From Sphyrna mokarran (lineage: Eukaryota), in the NCBI GenBank assembly GCA_024679065.1, contig JAGIQG010000012.1, forward strand, positions 69,750,001 through 69,814,000: a DNA stretch of 64,000 nt. The letters run 5' to 3'. Position numbers and translations under genes: made by a program. A model generated the notes under the pieces. The model was not told the DNA's origin and did not search any database. It saw only the letters and a program-made list of their open reading frames with translations. Of this stretch, positions 39,259-50,859 are shown piece by piece (positions within the stretch are counted from its first letter, which is position 1; each line of letters begins with the position of its first letter).

Positions 39259-40721
39259 TGTTGTGTTCCTGGAACATAAAAAGAAACCCAATCTTTATTC
39301 CTTTGCAATTTAAAACAAAACTTTCTGCTGAGCTGGAAAAGATGGCTGCCACCAGTCACATGACCAAATGATTGGCCCTTTGTCTGGGAGATACCACCAG
39401 AAATTGGAGGCGTAAAGGAATCTTTTTCTCAGTTTCAGGAATCTCACACCTCATCGTGCACACTTCTTAAATTCACTCACATGTCAGAAAGAGCGGCTCT
39501 CAGACCCATATCATTCCTGGAATTGTCCAAGCTCATTTCAAAGGGGAAACCAAAGGGATGTCATTTGCATCTAATAAGCTCGCATTGCTAGTGGAGTCAA
39601 TTGGTTTGAATAGACAATGGCTTTCCAACACTAGTTCCCTCAGTATGGATTGTAACTGTTTCAACAATGAATAATTGGGACATTATCAGTCCTGAAATAA
39701 AAGCCAATTCCAGACCCTGGATAAAATTTCCGCTTGAAGTCATTGTGGAGAAAAATGCTCATATAACCCAACGACCATTCTGAACTCTCTATATGTCTTT
39801 GAGAATGAAGACTGCTCAGACTGCTGTTTTAGCATTAACTAGACAGGACTGCAGCAACCCAGGTGAATAAGCAATTGGTTATCACCTCTCAACTCGACAA
39901 AGCCTGCTTGAATTTAAAGGGCTCTGATCAAATGTGCCAAATGGTTTCAGCATAGAAAGTCCGTTGTGCTGCAGCATCATTCATTTCACAGAATCTCTGC
40001 AGTGCAGAAGAAGGCATTTCAGCCCATTGAGTCTGCACTAATAATAGTCCCACTCAAATCCCTAGTCCCACAACCCATGCATTTACCCTGCTAATCCATC
40101 TGACACCAGGGTCAATTTATTATGGCCAATCAACCTAACCTGCACATCTTTGGACTGTGGGAGGAAACCGGAGCACCCGGAGGAAATCCATATGGACATG
40201 GGGAGAATGTGCATACTCCATATAGACAGTGACCCGAGCCTGGAATTGAACCCAGGTTTCTGGCGCTGTGAGGCAGCAGTGCTAACCACTGCGCCACTGT
40301 GCTGCCCTGTTTAAGATTTATGTATTGTTATCTCCAACAAAAAGCTCATTGGAACAACTGTACCACAAAGGAAACCCCTCTATACTTTGCCTTCTCATAC
40401 TCTGGAAATTACATGAACTAGTGTTCACTTCTATAGTTCTTGTAATATAAAACTATTTTTTTCTATCGTCCACCTTTATTATATGTGTCCATGGGATGTC
40501 GTGAATACTCCTCCCCTGGGTTTTATTTTTATTTGAAATAAACTGAGATTCTGGATGAATCATTATGTGTGTTTGCTGCAGATTTTTAATAAATTGGATA
40601 ATGAAAACCAAGAGATTGGGAAACCAAGCCATAGTATACTTTTAAAGTAATTCAAACACTATGGCTATGGACATGTTGTAAGAGACAATAAATAAGTGCA
40701 GTCTCTCTCCCATTTGTAGCA
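39259..40721. mobile_element. Probable solo LTR containing a later SINE
   Basis: TG...CA termini with a perfect 5-bp TSD ATGGC (39254-39258 and 40722-40726). It interrupts a CR1 3' fragment that reads through once the insert is removed. Confidence 0.65.
39986..40307 (-). mobile_element. HE1-like SINE inside the solo LTR
   Basis: Full head, core and CR1-type tail. Confidence 0.9.
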
Positions 40722-41119
40722 ATGGCCAACTGCTATTTGAAAGTTCTTATGGAACCTCCTCTCTCTATCAGACTGAGTAGTGCATTGCCAAACTTAGCAA
40801 TTCTCAGTGTGAAAATTGTTATCTTTATTGCTGTTTTGTTAATTATTTTAAATCAGGTTAATCACCTATTTGTCAGATGTATTTCTACTTGCTCTCATCA
40901 AAAGCCCTCTAAATTTTGAATATCTCAATTAGGTTTCTCCTTAATAATTACCACTCTCAGGACAACAATCCTTGCATTTCCAATCCCTCCAAATAACTGA
41001 AGATCCTGATACAAAGTATTGTTACGATAAAGTTCCTCTGTATCTTTTCCAATATGTCGATATTGCTCCTAAATGTGGTTCTGAGAATATTACATGATAC
41101 TCCCATTGATACCAACCCA

Positions 41120-41336
41120 GTAAATATTTAGTGTAACTTCCTTGTTTTCTTTTATTCATTTACAGGTGTGAGATTTGCTAGCTAGGTCAGCTTTTGTTGC
41201 TCATTGCTAACTGCCCTACAGAAGGTGGTGGTGAGTGTTAAAGACATGGCTAATGGCTAATAAACAAAAGCTGACCTAGCTAGCAAATCTCACACCCATA
41301 AATGAAGAAAACAAGGAAGTTATGCTAAATATTTAC
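41120..41336. repeat. Inverted repeat with ~75-bp arms (41120-41198 and 41263-41336)
   Basis: ggtgtgagatttgctagctaggtcagcttttgtt is exactly reverse-complemented in the right arm. Confidence 0.92.
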
Positions 41337-41679
41337 AGATTGCAGCTTTAAAAACTGCTGTCAAAAGATGCCTAGATAAGTTATTTTGATGTATCCTATA
41401 GTTGGTGTACTCTTGTATGGAGAAATTAGGCATTTAAAATGACAGATGGGATGCTGATCAAGTGGGCTGTATTTCCCTAAATAGTGTTAAGTCTCTTGAA
41501 CGTTGTAGGTGTTCTATTCATCCAGCCCAGTGCCTAGCTGGCTGTGCTCTTGCATCTTGCTTAGAATTATACTTTAATAGTACAATTTAGTTTAAACTGC
41601 TCCTCCATCTTAATCCTTCCAAAGTGTGTCACATCACATTTATTCACACTAAGTTGTATCAACCACGTTTTCTGTTTTC

Positions 41680-43575
41680 ATTCATGGGGATGTGGATATC
41701 ACTGGTTTGCCAGCATTTATTGCCCATTCCTAATGTCCCTTGAAAAAGTGGTGGTGAGCTGCCATCTTTAACTTCTGCAGTCTTTGTGGTGTAACTAGAC
41801 CCAGAGTTCAGTTAGGGAGTGACTTCCAGGATTTTGACCCAGCTAAGGAACAGCAATATATTTCCAAATCAGGATGGTGAGTGGCTAGGTGAGGTATCTC
41901 CAGGTGGTGGTGTTCCCAAGTATCTGCTTCTCTTGTTCTTCTAGCTGGTGATGGGTTTGGAAGGTGCTGCATAAGGAAACTTGGTGAGTTTGAGTCTGCA
42001 CCGAACACAATCCCACCCAAGCCCTATTCCCGTAACCCTTATCCTAGCATTTATCCTAGCCCGTCCCCCTGACACTAAGGGGCAATTTAGCATGGCTGAT
42101 CCATCTAACTCACACAGAGGCTAATGAATGAAAAGAATCAGAATAGAGGAAATGAATATGTCATGCATAAAAATATGTTAACATGTAAGTATATTTATAC
42201 TGAGCACATTTAGCAACCTGGAAGTTCTGTGCTACTGTCAGAAGTCATTGGGATGTTCTTTCATTCATCTGTGAAAATATTTGAAAAGTAAGCAGGAGGG
42301 CCGAAGGAGGGCCAAAGGGCCTGTTTCCTGTGCTGTACTGTTCTTTTCATTGCACCTTGTAGATGGTACACACTGCTGCCATTGGTGGTGGAGTGATTGC
42401 ATGCTTGAAGATGAGGTGCCAATCAAGTGAGCTGCTGGATGGTGTTGAGCATCTTGGGTGTTTTAGAGCTGCAGTCATCCAGGCAAGTGGACAGTATTCC
42501 ATCACATTCCTGACTTTTGCCTTGTAAATAGTGGACAGACTTTGGGGAATCAAGAGTTGAGTTGCTCACACGGCATTCCTGACCTCTGACCTGCTTTTGC
42601 AGCCATAGTATTTATATGGCTAGTCCAGTTCAACTTCAGGTCAATGTGAAATCCAGGATGTTAATAATGAGGGCATCAGTGATGGTAGTACCTTTGAATG
42701 TCATGAGTAATGATTAAATTCTCTCATGTCAGAGATAGCCACTGCCTGGCACTAGCCTAGCACGAATTTAACTTGCCACTTGCAAGCCTATGCCTGGATA
42801 AGGAATATATCAGTGTTTGAGGATGGTGCCTCCTTAATAATCAACGTTATTGGTGAAAATATTAATATTCAGATAATATTATGATGGAAGGTAGGTCATT
42901 GGTGAAGCAGGTGAACCTGGTTGGGCTAGGACACTACCCTGAGGAACTCTAGCAGTGATGCCCTGGTATACAGATGAGTGACTACCAATGGCCACAACCA
43001 TGAATGTATCCAATCAGCAGAGAGTTTTCTCCCTGATTCGCATTGACTCCAATTTTTATTCTGGGGCTCCTTTGATGCTACACTAATTCAAATGCTGCCT
43101 TGATGTCAAGAGCAGTCATTTTTACCTGATCTCTGGAATTCTATTCCCTTGTCCATGTTTGAAGCAAGGCTGTAATGAGGTCAAAAGCTGGCAGAACCCA
43201 AGCTGAGGGTTAGTGAACAGGTTGTTGCCAAGTAAGTGCCATTTAATAGTGCTGTTTTCATTACTTTACTAATGGTTGAGTGTAGACTGATGGAGCAGTA
43301 TTTGGCTGGGCAGGATTTGTCCTATTTTTTGTGTACAGGACATATCTCAGAAATTTTCTAATGGCTCTGCGTATGTCAGCATTGTAGCTGTATTACATCA
43401 ACTTGGTTAGGGGAAATGCTAGTTTTAGAGTACAAGTGTCAGTATTATTGCCAGAATATTGTCAAAACCCATAGCCTTTTCAGCATCTGGTGCCTTCAGC
43501 CATCTCTTGATATTATGTGGAATGAATTGAGTTGGTTGAAGGCTGACATATGTGATGCTGGGACCATCTGCCCAT
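41680..43575 (-). mobile_element. Second CR1-clade LINE lineage, degenerate, with nested SINE/CR1 pieces
   Basis: 'LSTIYKAKVRNVMEYCPLAW' and 'KAMGFDNILAIIL'. Its distinct 3' end (aataaatgctggc...cacatcccatgaatgaa) recurs at ~3190, 41155, 58850-59400 and 61330-61635. Confidence 0.75.
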
Positions 43576-43874
43576 TTCAGCAATCTGCCTATGTTCTCCT
43601 GAGGTCTGCTACTATCCTCATCCCTATCTTCTGTGCTGCCAAGTTTTGTTTTATCCGCAAACTTTGAAATCCCACTCATTCTATTCAAGTCCTGGCCTCC
43701 CATATATAATCAAGAAAAAAAAGGTCCAAAAAATAATTTTTGGTTTAGCCTGCTCATGTTCATTCTCTGGTCTTGGCTTAGTGCTGCAAATCTGGAGCTG
43801 GGTTTTTTTTGGTGGTGGACCCATTGCAGGAAATACAGTAGCCATGTTTCTTTCTCAGAGCAGTCAAACCTCTG

Positions 43875-44082
43875 CTGTTGCAATTGTGTATGCTCAGCCA
43901 CAGAGATCTGCACATGCACAATAGCTCTCTCTGCTGCTACAGCAAGCTGCCTTGTGAGTTAAGCCCCATCCACTCCATCTGGAAACAGTCTAGCCCACTT
44001 TTTAATTGTCTAATTGCATAAGATTCGTAATAAAGACTTACACAAAAAACAAATCTGAAACTCTCCCGTGTTCATACTAGCT
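43875..44082 (+). repeat. Unclassified interspersed repeat, second copy at ~59920-60130
   Basis: Shared caattgtgtatgc.cagcc.cagag.tctgcacatgcacaa.agctc.ctctgctg...agtctagccca...tctgaaa...ttcat.ctagc. Confidence 0.8.
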
Positions 44083-44556
44083 AGACACTTAGAATTTTTT
44101 TGGTAAAATCACTGCACCCCCCCCTTGACTCTCAGTGGGACCAGAGTACCCTGCAGTAGTTGGGGCCAGAAGATCCTGCCCTCTATGCTGCTTTGGTATT
44201 CCTGACTTGTACTAAATCAGACACTTCTGTCCATTACTTCCTATTCTCCGTGCTACTAATATCCCACAATAGATGATGCAAAACCAATTTGTACCACAAA
44301 TTTCATTAATACCAGTTCCTATGGTTACTAAGAATTTTTTTTTAAAGTGTACATCTATGTTCAAATGCACTGTGTATAGATCACGAACTAAAATGTTATA
44401 CTGAAACTTGGTGGAAAATAATGAAGTAACTAATTGTGAGATCTTCAAGTTGTACTTATAGCTAATGTGGAAATTTCCATTACCCAGACGAAAGGAGCGT
44501 GAAAAGAGTTAAAGTTTTTCCCGTATAATATAAAATGCCATATAAAAAAAACTTAC

Positions 44557-44687
44557 TTCACACCAGTCTATGGGTGCTTCCAGGTTAACGTTAATTTTCT
44601 TAAACACTATCTTTATATTCTCAGTTTTCAATTCATTATGAAAGAGACCTTGCACTGTCTCATAAAACTCATCGTACGTCGGTGGTT
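44557..44687 (-). CDS. WDR64: WDR64-like exon 2 (PPTYDEFYETVQGLF...LEAPIDWCE)
   Basis: Acceptor ttcaacag and donor gtaag, 131 nt. Resembles recalled human WDR64 'YDKFYASVQKLF...DWCE'. Confidence 0.88.
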
Positions 44688-45051
44688 CTGTTGAAAGAAT
44701 AAGATGTCTGCCTATGTATGCACAAAGAACTCGCTTATAAATCATGTATAAGATAATCAGTTTATATTTAACAGGCATTTTTAAATAGAGAAAAGAAAAA
44801 CATTTACAAAGAATCATTTATGCTTTCAGGTTAATCCATAGTGATTTATGGATAGTGAAATATTTTTGAAATGCATTCTCTATCAGGCAACTTGGCAGTC
44901 AATTTGTAGGTAGCAAAATAGAAATTGAATGAATGATTCAAGCTTTGTTTTTGCCAGCATTCTTTGAGGAACAATTGGTGTCTAAACCTCAGAATGTTTT
45001 TTTTCCAAATAGTGCCTACTCTCCTTCATTCTTTTTATTCTCCCTAGTCTA

Positions 45052-45350
45052 CATAGAAACATAGAAAATAGGTGCAAGAATAGGCCATTCGGCTCTTTGA
45101 GCATGCACCACCATTCAATGTGATCATAGCTGATCATACACCTTCAGTGTCCCACTTCCACTTTCTCTCCATACTCCTTGATCTCTTTAGTCACAAGAGC
45201 CATGTCCAGCTCCCTTTTGAATGTATTTAATGAATTGGCCCCAACAGCTTTCTGTGGTAAAGAATTCCACACGTTCACAATTCTTTGAGTAAAGAAGTTC
45301 TTCCACATCTCAGTCCTGAATGGCCTACCCCTTATTCTTAGACTGTGAGC
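45052..45350 (-). mobile_element. CR1 3' fragment
   Basis: catagaaacatagaaaataggtgcaagaataggccattcgg tail. Similar to 57650-57975. Confidence 0.8.
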
Positions 45351-45854
45351 CCCTCGTCCTCATCCATTAACTCCATTCTTGTTTGGATTCAGTTTTCCAC
45401 ATCTACTGCCCTCCTCCCTTTGCCGTTTCACCCACCTCACCCCAAAAACCCCATCCACTGGCTTTTAATACTACTTGGTCTAACTACTGCATTTGGTCTT
45501 GACTCCTTTAATTGCAATGCACAGGCAACCAATCAATTTAAGAATTTTAACAAAGGTTTTGTTTTAAATGAGTAATCAACTTTATTAAAATAGCACAACA
45601 GTTCCAGAACAAGATGTTAACAGATTTGTACAGTACTATTACATAACATAATTTTTTTCCATACAATGCTTTGCAATCAAATTTGTTTCAAGGAAGTGTT
45701 CTCAAAAATGTGGCGAATAAACATGTTGTTTCCAGATGTAACAGAAACGCCAATACATTCACTTACAAACATTATAACTGGGCTGCAAGTAATCCATTGT
45801 TTAAGTATATACCTTCCGGGGGAAAGAATTGCTACTTGTCAAAAAGGTCAGTGT

Positions 45855-46197
45855 TAGAACAAAGAACAAAAAAAATTACAGCACAGCAACAGGCCCTTTG
45901 GCCCTGTAAGCCTGAACTGACCATGCTCCCTGTCTGGATTAAAACCCCCAACGCTTCCAGGAACCATATCCCTCTATTCCCATCTATTCATGTATTTGTC
46001 CAGTTGTTCCTTAAAAGTTGCTATTGTATCCGCTTCCACTACTTCCCCCGGCAGTGAGCTCTAGGCACTCATTACCCTCTGTGAAAAAAACTTGCCTCGT
46101 ACATCTTCTTTAAACCTTGCCCTTCACACCTTAAAACTATGCCCCCAGTAATTGACTCTTCCATCCTAAGAAAATGTTTCTGACTATCCACTCTGTT
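45855..46197 (-). mobile_element. CR1 3' fragment
   Basis: Reverse-complement similarity to 1090-1435. Confidence 0.85.
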
Positions 46198-46214
46198 CAC
46201 AACCATGTTCTTCC

Positions 46215-46580
46215 AAAAAGAGACACTGCCATTGATACAGCTTCAAAACATTTTCGGCCAACAAGGTATTTTGAAAAGCAGTTACTCATGTAATGAAGGA
46301 AATATGGCAGCCAATTTGTGCACAGCAAGCTCCCACAAACAGCAATGACCAGATAGTCTGTTGTTGCGGTGTTGATTGTGGGATAAATGTCGGTCAGGAC
46401 ACTAGGGATGACACTATTGCGCTTCTCTGGGATAATGCCTTGACATATTTTCCTCTCACTCAAGAGGGAAAACAGAACTTCAGTTTAGCATTTCATCTGA
46501 CAGTTGGCACCATCAAACCTTGCAGCATCCCCAGCCTTGATTTCTGTACTCGGATCCTTCAACCCCATAACCTGCTGATT
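46215..46580 (-). mobile_element. Deu-domain SINE (SacSINE1/AmnSINE1-like)
   Basis: The minus strand reads gtcctgaccgacatttatccc...ctggtcattgctgtttgtgggagcttgctgtgcacaaattggctgcc, the recalled Deu-domain core. Confidence 0.75.
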
Positions 46581-46686
46581 CAGACAGATAAGAATGCAGG
46601 TGAGAACAGAGCAGCAAACAAGAATCTCCACGCCTGCCTCATCCTTAGCATTGCAGATAGAGTATAGAAATAGCCAGTAGGTACAG

Positions 46687-46710
46687 CCCTAACCCTAACC
46701 CTAATCCTAA
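46687..46710. repeat. Short telomere-like repeat (CCCTAA)3 TCCTAA
   Basis: Read directly from the sequence. A ~20-nt poly-G run follows near 46776-46795. Confidence 0.8.
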
Positions 46711-47178
46711 ATCAGTTCGCAATCCAAAGGTCACTCAAAACTGAACTGACTCGAATATCACATGGAAGCGGGGACGGGGGGGGGGGGGGGGGGGGAGACT
46801 TTGATTCACCTAACATTATTTGTAATACATAAAGGATGAGAGACAGAGGGGTGAAACACGATCCTAGAAAGAAAAATAAACTGAAGGAGATTGACAACTG
46901 GAACAGATGATTAGAATAACAAAAATTAGAAATGGGGGAACAGAAGGGTGTGTGTGCCATAAGGTACCCACGTGTGTAGCTGTCTTTAAACTTTTTTTTA
47001 TCACTGAATTAGTTGGAGCAATTGAAAGAGGGCAGCATACAAGATCAAAGCAACTGCATAGGAAATGCCTTCAAACCACCATGAGATCAAACCTAACCAA
47101 ATGCCCACTCCTAAACTAAGGAATTAATTAATTCATATCTATTGCAATAATTTTACAAACACAAATTAGTTTGCTCAC

Positions 47179-47320
47179 CAAAATCTGGCATCTTTTTGTT
47201 ACTGTCCATGGCTTTCATGCAATGCACTATAAATGTGACCAGATTGTTGAACTGATCCAGACGTTCCTTGAAGACGGGCAGAAAGAACGGGGCATCCAGC
47301 TCATAGTCTGTGAAATCCAT
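47179..47320 (-). CDS. WDR64: WDR64-like coding exon 1 (MDFTDYELDAPFFLPVFKERLDQFNNLVTFIVHCMKAMDSNKKMPDF)
   Basis: ATG in AACATGG context with an in-frame TAA 39 nt upstream. Donor is G|gtgagc. The 142 nt, phase-1 end matches the next exon. Similarity to the recalled human N-terminus is weak. Confidence 0.75.
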
Positions 47321-47559
47321 GTTGGTCTGATCCTGTTGACCTGCCCTTGCTAGATTTTACAGAACGGATGAAATATTCCACAATTCCTCCTCCTACTAAA
47401 ATAAAATGATCCTCTGCTGAGGACTGAGTGCAATTTGGGTATGGAGGAGATTAAAAGTTAGGATGTCAGTAAGTTGGAAGAGATCATGCCCAGCATGAGG
47501 GCTCATTGACACACCTGAGCATGTGCACTGATCTCCCTCTGCCCCAGCCCTGCCCCCTC

Positions 47560-47625
47560 CTCCCGGTTCCGCCCACTTCCTCCTGTTGTCCCTAGCAACC
47601 CAACCTCCCTGGGCCAATCACAGTG
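47560..47625 (-). promoter_or_regulatory. Putative WDR64 promoter: GC box, RFX X-box and CCAAT box
   Basis: CCGCCC at 47569-47574, GTTGTCCCTAGCAAC at 47585-47599 and CCAAT at 47614-47618, about 250-300 bp upstream of the ATG. Confidence 0.6.
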
Positions 47626-47699
47626 CAGCCCAGCCACTGATTGTCACATGGGCATCATCTGTGACCTCAGTCCATTTACATGGGACAGCCAGATGAGTA

Positions 47700-48110
47700 C
47701 AAGTGAGGGATGGGCAGGGTGAATGAGGGAGGGGGGTACTGAGGGCGTGAGGGCATGACTGAGCAAAGAAGAGGGTGAATGAGGGAAACTAAGGGCAGGA
47801 GGAAGGGAGGGGGTGAGTGAGAGAGGAAAGGGTATGGGAGGGAGGGAGGGAGCGCTGGAGGGGATGGAGGGGTGAGGAAGGGAGGGAGTTGGTGAGGGGG
47901 GAGTGAGTGAGGGATGGGGTGAGGGAATGAGGGAGGGAGGAGGTGAGTGAATGAGAGAGAGTGAGGGAGTGAGAGAGAGGGCAAGGGAGTGAAGAGGGAG
48001 AAAGTGGGTGAGTGAGGGAGGGGTGAGGGAGGCAGGGAGAGAGTCAGTTAAGGTGAGAGTGAGTAGGGAGACAATGAAGGAAAGAGTGACGAGGAAGGGA
48101 GTGACATAGG
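47700..48110. repeat. Low-complexity polypurine (GGA/GAGG/GTGA) tract
   Basis: About 400 bp of nearly pure G/A on the + strand. It accounts for the P/S/L-rich ORFs at 47644..48153. Confidence 0.9.
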
Positions 48111-48209
48111 GGAACTTTGCATTCTTCCCCTTTTCCACAGCATTCTCCAACACATCATGTCCAGGAATGTTATCCTTGTCAATGTGCCAATCATCTTTTA
48201 ACGTACATT

Positions 48210-48510
48210 AAAGTTTATTTATTAATGTCATAAATAGGCTTACATCAACACTGCAATGAAATTACTGTGAAACTCCCCTAGTCGCCACACTCCGGTGCCT
48301 ATTCGAGCACACTGAGGGAGAATTTAGCATGGCCAATGTACCTAACCAGCACGTTTTTTAGGCTGTGGGAGGAAACTGGAGCAGCCAGACAAAATCCATG
48401 CAAATATGGGGAGAATGTGTAGAGTCCGCACAGACAGTGACCCAAGCCAGGAATCGAACCTGGGTCCCTGGCATTGTGAGACAGCAAAGATAACCACTGC
48501 GTCATAATGC
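48210..48510 (-). mobile_element. V-SINE-like SINE with alternative tail
   Basis: Same motifs as 38829-39128, reversed. Confidence 0.88.
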
Positions 48511-48977
48511 CTCCAAAGTGCAAAAAAAGAAATTGGTTTCTCTCTGGCTTCTGTGAGCCTGACTCCACCACCTTAAGTTGCCATAAAACAGTTATCTCCT
48601 CTACACTATTATATAGGCAGCATTTGTTTAATACCTGCAAAATGTGCATATCTTCTATCAGATAGATGGCAAGGAACATGGTGAGATCCATTGAATTTCT
48701 AAAATGAAGTGATTCCATTCGTTACAGTGTTACACTTTGGCGTTTGGTGCTCCACCATTGACTTCCAAGTCCTGAATATAAGTGTATTTCACAAATTACA
48801 TCATGTGCTATTACCAAAAGAATTGGAAGACCAAATCAGGCAAATCGGTTTAGCTTAGACAGGCATTTTTGTTGGCATGGACTAATTAGGCACAAAGGGC
48901 CTGAATCCATGCCATTGATTCTATGGTTCTAATATATAAATACATAATCCTAGACAGACATACACTGCAGCTGCATT

Positions 48978-49305
48978 TCATAGAATCCCTACAGTACAGA
49001 AAGAAGCCATTTAGCCCATCGAGTCTGCACCAGACACAATCTCACCGAGGCCCTACCTCCATATCCCTACATATTTATCCATTAATCCCTCTAATCTACA
49101 CATCTCAGGACACTAAGGGCAATTTTAGCATGATCAATCAACCTATCTATGGACTGTGGGAGGAAACCGGAGCACCCGGAGGAAATCCACATAGATATGA
49201 GGAGAATATGCAAACTCCACACAGACAGTGACCCAAGCCAGGAATGGAACGCAGGTTCCTTTGGAGCTGTGAAGCAGCAGTGCTAACCACTGGGCTACCG
49301 CGCCA
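48978..49305 (-). mobile_element. HE1-like SINE
   Basis: Full head, core and CR1-type tail. Confidence 0.88.
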
Positions 49306-50211
49306 TCCCAATTTTGGCTGATTCACACACGCACTCATATGGGAAGGTCTGAATTTAAATTGGTTGAGCTATAGTCTGCCCCATGACCACCAGCGGCAGT
49401 ATCCTCATTTAAACCCTGGTGGAAAAACTTGAGCACATGATATTGCATGACATCTGCTGCAGCACTGAGAGAGGGTGACACTTTGGATAAGATGTCTAAT
49501 CATCAGTTGTCTACGGTTGCAACAATAAGACTTTAGAATTTAATACTGCAGTCTCTCACAGTGTGTAATTTTAAACTGTCTAAAAAGTTTAGTAAATGCA
49601 TTTTTTTATTTCCCCTTTATTATCATTTAAGTGGCACATACAAATGTGACATGGCTGCTGGAGACAGTACTTTATGAGAAAATAACCACAAATTATGTTG
49701 GATCAAGTAATTCATTATTATCACAGATCATTTAATTCAAGGCATTTAATTGAGACAGTTCTGATGAAAGATCATCAACACAAAACATTGTGGGGAAATT
49801 TTAACCTGATTGGTAGGCGGGTATCTATGCATGCAAAGCTTTAAAGAAGAAAAGTATTTCAACGTGTTGGGGAGCTGACAGGAACCCTTCAACTTCTGCA
49901 TTTATCTCATGCGCATTCATTTTTTAAAATAATTTTACTCCATTCTTAAAGTTACAAAGGCAATGCTCAGAGTGGATCGCACATACTCAAATCCATCTCC
50001 TCGCTTGCTTCAAAACCACTTCAAATTGAATGCAATTCATGGTCACCGCAAGAGCAACATACAAGATCCCAGCTGACAAGGTAAGGCATTGCACCCCATC
50101 TTGGGCTCGATCTGATGTTTAATTTTAGTCTAAAAGCCAAGAAATGCACTGCTGCCAGGGGAGCCTTGTTTCACACCTGACAATAGTGGGTAAGCAGACC
50201 TGCAATTTGTA

Positions 50212-50505
50212 ATAGAATCTCTACAGTGCAAAAAGAAATCATTTGGCTCATCGTATCTGCACTAACTCTCTGACAGGGCATCTTATCCTATCCCTTTAAT
50301 CCCACACATTTACCCTGCTAAATCCCCCTAACTTACACATCTTGGGACAATAAGAGGCAATTTAGCATGGCCAATCCACTTACTCCTACACATCTTTGGA
50401 CACCAAGGGGCAATTTACCAAGGCCATGCCACCTAGCCAGCACATCCTTGGGCTGTGGGAGGAAACCAGAGCATTCGGAGGAAACCCACGTTGACACAGA
50501 GAGAA
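50212..50505 (-). mobile_element. HE1-like SINE, 5' truncated, duplicated core
   Basis: Duplicated core as in 19680-20030. Confidence 0.82.
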
Positions 50506-50859
50506 CAATTAATATATGCTAGCAGATAATTAACAGCATCCTAAACATTGGATTATTAATTGCCAGTGGATGGGTCCCCTGAGCTGTCTGAAACTCATCT
50601 GGTTAAACAAGACAGCAGGGATTGAAGGGTCTGAGTAAAATCAGTCTGGAAAGCCATTAAATGCCGAGAATCGACAGCTGCTTCTTTGATGAGCTGAAAA
50701 GCTTTTGCTCACAGGCCTTGTTCTGAGTGTCATTTCCAGGACTTTGAAGGTAATTTCTGTTAACCTGAACATTTTTTGATTCCACAGCTGTCAGTTACCT
50801 CTGCAGCTCTGGAACTTCAACTTCTGATGATGAACAAGAATAGCAGCAGCAGTAAGAGC

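Noticed and set aside
47644-48153. 169-aa Pro/Ser/Leu-rich ORF just upstream of WDR64
   Set aside because: It is a translation of the low-complexity polypurine tract and shows no domain signal.
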